This document shows, piece by piece, positions 57,761-64,000 of a stretch of 64,000 bases of DNA (the first letter of the stretch is position 1; each line of letters starts with the position of its first letter). The notes under the pieces are model-generated. The model saw only the letters and a list, made by a program, of their open reading frames with translations. It did not search any database and was not told the origin of the DNA. The stretch covers positions 1,113 through 65,112 of the forward strand of contig CALHQW010000006.1 in the NCBI GenBank assembly GCA_938040315.1, given 5' to 3'. Origin of the DNA: an uncultured bacterium (lineage in GTDB: Bacteria > Hydrothermota > Tepidihabitantia > Tepidihabitantales > DTDR01). The position numbers and the translations under genes were made by a program.

Positions 57761-59614
57761 GTGAAAATTCTTAATTTATTTAACGATGAAAGAATCGTGG
57801 CAGGAAAGATTGACGAAAAATTGGTGGATTTAACTTTAGAAATTAATGAAGAGGAGAAAGATAAAATCAAGCCAGTATATTTTGATAGTGAGGAAGGAAA
57901 GAGTGTCTTTTGGCATTCTTCGGCGCATCTCTTAGCCCACGCAGTAAAATTACTATTTCCTTCAGTAAAATTGGGAATTGGTCCGGCAGTGGAGGATGGT
58001 TTTTATTATGATTTTTATAAAATTCCGCCTTTTTCCGAGGAAGATTTTTCTTTAATTGAAGCGAAAATGAAAGAAATTGTTGAGCTAAATTTACCTATTG
58101 AGCATTTATATTTGGATAGAGAAGAGGCGATTAAATATTTTAAGGAAAGGGGAGAGGATTTTAAATTAGAGATTCTGAATGAGATACCGGATAAAAAAAT
58201 TTCAGTATATAAACAGGGTGATTTTATTGACCTTTGTTTAGGTCCCCATTTGCCAACAACTGGAATGATTAAGGCTTTTAAACTTTTAAGTGTTGCTGGT
58301 GCCTATTGGAAAGGTGATGAAAAAAATCCGATGTTATCAAGAATATACGGTGTTTCTTTCCCAACAAAAGAAGAGTTAGAAGAACATCTGAAATTCTTAG
58401 AAGAGGCTAAAAAACGGGATCATCGAAAATTGGGAGCATCTTTAGAACTCTTTTCTTTTTTTGAAGAAGCTGGTAGTGGTTTAGTTTATTGGCTACCAAA
58501 AGGAGCTATTTTACGAAGAATTATTGAAGAATATTGGATTGAAAAACATTTAGAAAGGGGCTATCAACTTGTTTATACTCCTCATATTGGTCGGGAAAAA
58601 TTATGGCAGATTTCTGGTCACACAAAATATTATAAAGAGAATATGTATTTTATTCCTCAAGAGAACGAAAATTATGTATTAAAACCAATGAATTGTCCTG
58701 GTCATATCTTAATTTATAAATCAAAAGTTAGAAGTTATAAAGATTTACCTTTAAGAATTTGTGAGTTAGGTACTGTTTATCGACAAGAGAGAAGCGGAGT
58801 TTTATACGGAACTTTAAGGGTGAAAGGTTTTACCCAAGATGATGCTCATATTTTTGTAACTCCGGAAATGGTGGAAGAGGAAATTATAAACATCTTAGAT
58901 TTTTCTTTGGAGATGTTAAAAGATTTTGGCTTTAAAGATTTTGATTTTGAACTTTCTTTGCGAAGTTTGTCAGAAAAAGAAAAATATATGGGAAGTGAAA
59001 AAGAATGGGAGATGGCAGAAGGTTCGTTAATAAATGCTTTAAAAAGACTAAACCTTTCGTATAAAGAGGCTTATGGCGAAGCAACTTTTTATGGACCAAA
59101 GATTGATTTAAAATTGCAAGGATTTATGAAAAAAGAACAGGCAACAACAATTCAGTTTGATTTTAATCTTCCTAAACAATTTAGAGTCACCTATATGGGA
59201 AAAGATGGTTACCATCATGAAACAGTGATTATCCACCGAACAATTCTTGGCTCTTTAGAAAGATTTTTAGGAATACTGATTGAATATTATGGCGGTATTT
59301 TCCCGGTTTGGCTTTCACCAATTCAAGCAGTAGTGATGACCATTACTGAGAAAGAAATTCCTTATGCCCAAAAAATTTATGAAGAAATAAAGAAAGAAAA
59401 AATAAGAGTAGAAACGGATTTTCGTTCAGAAAAAATTAATTATAAAATTGCTGAACATGAAAGAATGAAGGTTCCTTATATGATAATAATTGGTAAAAAG
59501 GAAGTGGAGAATAATTGGGTTAGTGTTCGAAAGAGAAAAGAAGGTGATTTGGGAAGAATGGATTTAGAAGGAGTTATTAGAATGATAAAAGAAGATATTG
59601 AAAAAAGGAGGTAA
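57761..59614 (+). CDS. thrS: Threonine--tRNA ligase
   Basis: TGS, editing, class II core and anticodon-binding domains. GTG start. Confidence 0.95.
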   Translation: MKILNLFNDERIVAGKIDEKLVDLTLEINEEEKDKIKPVYFDSEEGKSVFWHSSAHLLAHAVKLLFPSVKLGIGPAVEDGFYYDFYKIPPFSEEDFSLIEAKMKEIVELNLPIEHLYLDREEAIKYFKERGEDFKLEILNEIPDKKISVYKQGDFIDLCLGPHLPTTGMIKAFKLLSVAGAYWKGDEKNPMLSRIYGVSFPTKEELEEHLKFLEEAKKRDHRKLGASLELFSFFEEAGSGLVYWLPKGAILRRIIEEYWIEKHLERGYQLVYTPHIGREKLWQISGHTKYYKENMYFIPQENENYVLKPMNCPGHILIYKSKVRSYKDLPLRICELGTVYRQERSGVLYGTLRVKGFTQDDAHIFVTPEMVEEEIINILDFSLEMLKDFGFKDFDFELSLRSLSEKEKYMGSEKEWEMAEGSLINALKRLNLSYKEAYGEATFYGPKIDLKLQGFMKKEQATTIQFDFNLPKQFRVTYMGKDGYHHETVIIHRTILGSLERFLGILIEYYGGIFPVWLSPIQAVVMTITEKEIPYAQKIYEEIKKEKIRVETDFRSEKINYKIAEHERMKVPYMIIIGKKEVENNWVSVRKRKEGDLGRMDLEGVIRMIKEDIEKRR

Positions 59615-60188
59615 GTCTATTAACAATAAAAATTGGCGAGTAAACGAAAATATAAAGGCTTTAAAAGTAAGGGTAATTGATGAGAATAAAAGGAATTTGG
59701 GAATTATGCCAATAAAAGAGGCTTTAAAATTGGCAAGAGAAAAAAATTTAGATTTGGTAGAAATCGTTTCTAATGCTTCGCCGCCGGTCTGTTATATTGT
59801 TGATTATGGTAAATTTAAATATGAACAGCAACAAAAAGAAAAGGAATTAAAAAAGAAACAGCAAAGTTCTGTTTTAAAAGAGATAAGGCTTTCACCAAAA
59901 ATAAATGAGCATGATTATCAAACAAAATTGAATCAGATAAAAGAATTTTTAGAAACTGGTCAAAGAGTAAGGGTGACAATAATGATGCGCGGACGAGAAT
60001 CAATTCATAAAGAATTAGGAGTAAATTTAATGGAAAAACTTATTAAGAATATTGAAGAATTTGGTTACTTAGAAGGAAAACCAAAGTTTTTAGGTGAAAG
60101 TGGGCATGTTATTCAGTTAACCTTTTTGCCCAGCAAAAGAATTATTAAAAAGGAAGAGGAGAGAAAAGATGAAGTTAAAAACCCATAG
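59598..60188 (+). CDS. infC: Translation initiation factor IF-3, with a non-AUG (TTG) start overlapping the thrS 3' end by 17 nt
   Basis: The N-terminus (M)KKGGKS... aligns with E. coli IF3 MKGGKR (which starts at AUU). Conserved ...LDLVEI...PPVCYIVDYGKF. An alternative in-frame ATT lies at 59619, after a GGAGG. Confidence 0.85.
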   Translation: MKKGGKSINNKNWRVNENIKALKVRVIDENKRNLGIMPIKEALKLAREKNLDLVEIVSNASPPVCYIVDYGKFKYEQQQKEKELKKKQQSSVLKEIRLSPKINEHDYQTKLNQIKEFLETGQRVRVTIMMRGRESIHKELGVNLMEKLIKNIEEFGYLEGKPKFLGESGHVIQLTFLPSKRIIKKEEERKDEVKNP

Positions 60189-60363
60189 CGGTTTAAAAAA
60201 GAGAATTAAAGTAACTGGTAAAGGAAAAATTTTACATTGGCGAGCCGGTAAATCTCATTTATTGGCAAAAAAAACCAGCAAAAGAAAAAGAAGGTTGGCA
60301 TTAAAAAAAGAGTTTAGTAAAAAAGACGAAAAAAGGATTAGAAGATTAATACCAGGAGTTTAG
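60169..60363 (+). CDS. rpmI: 50S ribosomal protein L35
   Basis: KVTGKGK...KKTSKRKRRL aligns with bL35. Confidence 0.85.
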   Translation: MKLKTHSGLKKRIKVTGKGKILHWRAGKSHLLAKKTSKRKRRLALKKEFSKKDEKRIRRLIPGV

Positions 60364-60374
60364 GAGGTGAAATT

Positions 60375-60731
60375 ATGCCAAGGGTAAGAACTGGACCTTC
60401 TACGAGAAAGAGAAGAAAAAAATGGTTAAAATATGCAAAAGGTTATTGGGGCGGTAAACATCGACTTTATAAAACCGCACGATTACAAGTAATGAAGGCT
60501 TGGCTTTCATCTTATCGGGAAAGAAAGCGTAAAAAAAGAGTTTTTAGAAGATTATGGATTCTTCGACTTAATGCGGCTTTAAGACCTTATGGAATTAGTT
60601 ATTCTAAGTTTATTCATGGTTTAAAGTTGGCTGATATCTCTCTTAATAGAAAAGCTCTCTCCGAAATGGCAATTAATCATCCTGAAGAATTTGAAAAAAT
60701 TGTTGAATTAGTGAAAGAAAAGTTAAGTTGA
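60375..60731 (+). CDS. rplT: 50S ribosomal protein L20
   Basis: MPRVRTG...KRRKK N-terminus and bL20 similarity. Confidence 0.9.
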   Translation: MPRVRTGPSTRKRRKKWLKYAKGYWGGKHRLYKTARLQVMKAWLSSYRERKRKKRVFRRLWILRLNAALRPYGISYSKFIHGLKLADISLNRKALSEMAINHPEEFEKIVELVKEKLS

Positions 60732-61732
60732 TTAAAGAATTAGAGAAAATTATTCAGGAAGCAGAAAAGGAGTTTCCTTTAATAAATAATTTAACGGATT
60801 TAGAAAATTTCCGAATTAAATATTTAGGAAGAAAAGGTAAATTAACAACTTTTTTAAGAAAGATAAAAGATTTATCAATTGAAGAGAAAAAAATTATCGG
60901 AAAAAGGGCAAATGATTTTAAAGAATATTTAGAAAGAAGAATTGAAGAAAAAAGGGCTTATTTAAAAGAGGAGAAAATAGAAGTTTCTTTTGATTATACC
61001 TTACCAGGTAGAAAATTCTTTCTGGGACATAAGCATCCAATAACGCAAGTGATGGAAGAATGTATAGATATTTTTGTGCGGATGGGGTTTAAGGAAGAGC
61101 AAGGTCCAGAAATTGAAGACGAATGGCACAATTTTACTGCCTTAAATATTCCGCCTCTACACCCAGCAAGGGATATGTTTTCAACTTTTTATCTTCCCGA
61201 TGGTAGATTATTAAGAAGTCATACCTCACCAGTCCAAATAAGGGTGATGGAAAAAGAAAAGCCACCAATAAGAATTATTGCTCCGGGTAGGGTTTTTCGA
61301 CCTGATGATTTTGATGCTTCCCATTCGCCAGTTTTTCACCAAATTGAAGGACTTTATATTGATAAGGATGTTACTTTTTTAGACTTGAAAGCAACAGTGG
61401 AAGAATTTTGTCGGATTTTTTTTGGTAAAGAAGTGATTATCAAATTTACTCCTTCTTATTTTCCTTTCACGGAACCAAGTGCGGAGGTGTCCATCTCTTG
61501 TTTAAACTGCTTAGGCAAAGGTTGTGAACGTTGTCGCCATAAAGGTTTTTTAGAGATTTTAGGTTGTGGAATGGTCCATCCCCAAGTGTTAAAGAATGTA
61601 AATATTGATCCAGAAATCTATACGGGTTTTGCCTTTGGTTTAGGGGTGGAAAGGTTAGCAATGATAAAATTTCAAATTGATGATATAAGGCTCTTTTATC
61701 AAAATGATATTAGATTTTTATCCCAATTCTAA
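60728..61732 (+). CDS. pheS: Phenylalanine--tRNA ligase alpha subunit
   Basis: Class II motifs (FRPDDFDASHSPVFHQIEGL, GFAFGLGVERLAM). 334 aa. Confidence 0.9.
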   Translation: MIKELEKIIQEAEKEFPLINNLTDLENFRIKYLGRKGKLTTFLRKIKDLSIEEKKIIGKRANDFKEYLERRIEEKRAYLKEEKIEVSFDYTLPGRKFFLGHKHPITQVMEECIDIFVRMGFKEEQGPEIEDEWHNFTALNIPPLHPARDMFSTFYLPDGRLLRSHTSPVQIRVMEKEKPPIRIIAPGRVFRPDDFDASHSPVFHQIEGLYIDKDVTFLDLKATVEEFCRIFFGKEVIIKFTPSYFPFTEPSAEVSISCLNCLGKGCERCRHKGFLEILGCGMVHPQVLKNVNIDPEIYTGFAFGLGVERLAMIKFQIDDIRLFYQNDIRFLSQF

Positions 61733-62607
61733 AATCCGTAAACAGTTTTCTTAATAAATTGGGCATCCTTTCGCCAGTTTTCTTTCACTTTTATCCAGAG
61801 TTCTAAATAAACCTCTTTACCGAAAAAGGCTTCAATTCTTTTTCTTGCCATAATACCTAATTTTTTAAGGGCTTTACCATCTTTGCCAATAATGATTTTT
61901 TTCTGAGAAGGTTTTTCTACATAAATTGTTGCTCTTATATAATCTTTCCCTTTTTCTCTTTCTTTAAATTCTTCTACTTCTACTGTTGTAGAATAAGGAA
62001 CTTCTTCACCATAAAGAGTAAAAATTGCTTCTCTAATAAATTCACTAACAAAAAATCTTTCATTTTTTTCACTAATAATATCAGTTTCGTAATAGGGGTC
62101 GCCTTCTTTTAGATATTTGACAATTCCTTCTTTTAGTTCTTCAATACCAACCCTTTTTAAAGCGGAGATGGGATAAATTTCCGAAAATCCCATTTGGTAA
62201 TAAGTGTCAATTAATGGTAAAAGCAAATCCTTTTTTACCAAATCAATTTTATTTATTACAATCAAACAAGGTTTTTCTTTCTCTTTTATTTTTTTAATTA
62301 TTTCATTTTCTAATTCATCAGGTGGACCAAAGGGTTCACAGACAAAAAGGGCAATATCGGAAGATTCTAAACTTTCGTTAATCTCTTTTAACATAAATTC
62401 CTGTAATAAATATTTTGGTTTTAAAACTCCCGGAGTATCTAAAAAGATAATTTGGTAATCTTTTTCAGAAAGAATACCTAAAATTTTATGTCGAGTGGTC
62501 TGTGGTCTCTTAGAGACAGCAGATAAAGGAGTATTTAATAACTGGTTTAATAAAAGGGATTTTCCGACATTTGGTCTGCCAAAAATTCCACAATAGCCAA
62601 CTTTCAT
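61729..62607 (-). CDS. era: GTPase Era
   Basis: G1 [11 protein letters not shown]3 DTPG, G4 NKIDL, plus a C-terminal KH domain. Confidence 0.9.
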   Translation of the reverse strand: MKVGYCGIFGRPNVGKSLLLNQLLNTPLSAVSKRPQTTRHKILGILSEKDYQIIFLDTPGVLKPKYLLQEFMLKEINESLESSDIALFVCEPFGPPDELENEIIKKIKEKEKPCLIVINKIDLVKKDLLLPLIDTYYQMGFSEIYPISALKRVGIEELKEGIVKYLKEGDPYYETDIISEKNERFFVSEFIREAIFTLYGEEVPYSTTVEVEEFKEREKGKDYIRATIYVEKPSQKKIIIGKDGKALKKLGIMARKRIEAFFGKEVYLELWIKVKENWRKDAQFIKKTVYGF

Positions 62608-63530
62608 ATACCCATCCTTCTAAATTTTTCAATCCGCTCATTTAGAATTTCCTCTTTTGATAGTTTTATTACTTCCTTTAAATTTCTTAAAATTACTTCT
62701 TTTAAAATTCTTGCCGATTCATCCCAATCTTGATGGGCACCGCCGAGAGGTTCTTTAACAATTTCGTCAATAACACCAAATTCTAATAATTCCAAAGCGG
62801 TTAATTTAAGCATTTCCGCAGCCTTTTCGGCTTTTGTGCCATCCCGCCATAAAATTGAGGCACACCCTTCTGGTGAAATAACTGAATAAATTGCATTCTC
62901 CATCATTAAAATCCGATTACCAATCGCAATTGCTAAGGCACCTCCTGAACCACCTTCACCAATTATTACTACAATAATCGGAACAGTTAAAAGGGACATT
63001 TCTTTAATAGTCTCAGCAATTGCCTCGGCTTGCCCTCTCTCCTCAGCACCAATTCCCGGAAAGGCACCAGGAGTATCAATAAAACTAATTATTGGTAAAT
63101 TATATTTTTCAGCAAGTTTCATTATTCTTAAGGCTTTCCGATAACCTTCGGGATGAGGCATTCCAAAATTTCTTCTTAACTTCTCTTTTGTATCCCTTCC
63201 TTTTTGATGACCAACAATTACACAACTAAATTCATCAATCTTTCCTATGCCACCAATAATTGCTAAATCATCACCAAATCTTCTATCACCATGAAGTTCA
63301 ATAAAATCATCAGTAATTCTTTCAATATAATCTAAAGTATAAGGTCTTTGCGGATGTCTTGCTAATAAAACCCTTTGCCAAGGAGTAATTTTTTCAAAAA
63401 TTTTTTTCTTGACTTTTATTAAAGCATTTTCCAATCTTTTTAATTTATCTTCATTACCCTTTTTCTTTGCTTCTTCAATCTTTTCGATTAATTTTACAAT
63501 TGGTTTCTCAAAATCTAAATATTCTTTCAT
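62604..63530 (-). CDS. accA: Acetyl-CoA carboxylase carboxyltransferase subunit alpha
   Basis: AccA family pattern (RPYTLDYI..., GGAxxGxxxG region). Confidence 0.9.
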   Translation of the reverse strand: MKEYLDFEKPIVKLIEKIEEAKKKGNEDKLKRLENALIKVKKKIFEKITPWQRVLLARHPQRPYTLDYIERITDDFIELHGDRRFGDDLAIIGGIGKIDEFSCVIVGHQKGRDTKEKLRRNFGMPHPEGYRKALRIMKLAEKYNLPIISFIDTPGAFPGIGAEERGQAEAIAETIKEMSLLTVPIIVVIIGEGGSGGALAIAIGNRILMMENAIYSVISPEGCASILWRDGTKAEKAAEMLKLTALELLEFGVIDEIVKEPLGGAHQDWDESARILKEVILRNLKEVIKLSKEEILNERIEKFRRMGI

Positions 63531-64000
63531 CTTATCTTTCCGAAACTAATGCCTAAATGATGAGAGGAAGGTAGCGATTTAAAAATTTGGTAGGCATAAG
63601 AGATTTTGAGAATATTTTCTTTTAAAAGTTTTATTGAAAAACCGACCTTAAAACTACTATTATAAAAATTATAACCAGTTTTTAAATCAACTAAAATATG
63701 GGGTTTCAATTCTAAGCCTAATTTTAAATAACTCTCTTTTTCTCTTAAATTCTTACTTAATTCTAAATAATTTTTTAAAAAACTTATTGGTGAGATTTTT
63801 AAAGTTAGGTTTAAATTGTTTGGTGGATAGAAATTTTGAGAGATATAATGTAATGGTAAAGAGAGATTGGTGAAACTTAAAGAGGTTGTTAGATATTTAA
63901 TGGGCAAATAGTCTATTCCAAAATCAAAACCAAAAGAATAGTCAGAGTAAATATATAAAGTGGAATAATAAAATTTTAAAGAAAAACCAGCATTAAAATT
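63527..64000 (-). CDS. Hypothetical beta-strand-rich protein (possible outer-membrane beta-barrel), 5'-truncated by the window edge
   Basis: The reading frame stays open to the window edge on the minus strand. Alternating aromatic/hydrophilic pattern ([14 protein letters not shown]). 4-nt overlap with accA. Confidence 0.35.
   Translation of the reverse strand, partial: NFNAGFSLKFYYSTLYIYSDYSFGFDFGIDYLPIKYLTTSLSFTNLSLPLHYISQNFYPPNNLNLTLKISPISFLKNYLELSKNLREKESYLKLGLELKPHILVDLKTGYNFYNSSFKVGFSIKLLKENILKISYAYQIFKSLPSSHHLGISFGKIR

Noticed and set aside
1-64000. CRISPR arrays, cas genes or IS elements
   Set aside because: No regularly spaced direct repeats, no transposase or IS inverted repeats, and no Cas-like ORFs were seen anywhere in the window.

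Overview
This is a 64-kb, very AT-rich (about 30% GC) chromosomal segment with high coding density and frequent overlapping or translationally coupled genes. It is probably from an uncultivated FCB-superphylum or candidate-phylum anaerobe: many T9SS-type C-terminal sorting domains and a PorX/PorY-like regulator pair suggest FCB, but the promoters are canonical TTGACA-N16-18-TATAAT rather than Bacteroidetes-type. The housekeeping core is: purL (3' part), addB-addA, gap-pgk-tpiA-secG-rplU, thyX (tandem domain), uvrA, ymdB-rny, zapA, pheT, metK-ahcY, exbB-exbD-exbD-tonB, rng, hypA-hypB, nnr, thrS-infC-rpmI-rplT-pheS, era and accA. There are two tRNAs, Leu-UAA and Val-CAC. The accessory-looking content is: five secreted proteins with T9SS C-terminal domains (lamin-tail-domain, Kelch, CARDB-like and two BNR/Asp-box paralogs); an adjacent PorY-like sensor kinase and PorX-like (REC+PglZ) response regulator that form one unit with a hemerythrin-like gene and uvrA; a run of small nuclease-like genes packed around addBA (a DUF559 protein with an N-terminal extension, an EF-Tu-domain-2-like mini-protein, an unannotated 54-aa basic ORF, and a GIY-YIG-like gene); a split DUF2229/HGD-D-like pair; a Mut7-C RNase gene whose 3' end overlaps tRNA-Leu; and a TIGR03960-type radical SAM/DUF2344 fusion translationally coupled between hypBA and rng. 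The strongest non-coding signal is a GC-rich, roughly 177-nt rod-like structured element immediately downstream of zapA and upstream of rny. It has the architecture and the E. coli-like zapA synteny of 6S RNA, and the ORF track mis-reads it as a 67-aa ORF. At least five genes have near-consensus sigma70 promoters placed 5-7 nt from the start codon, implying leaderless mRNAs. No CRISPR array, IS element, integrase or prophage was seen.
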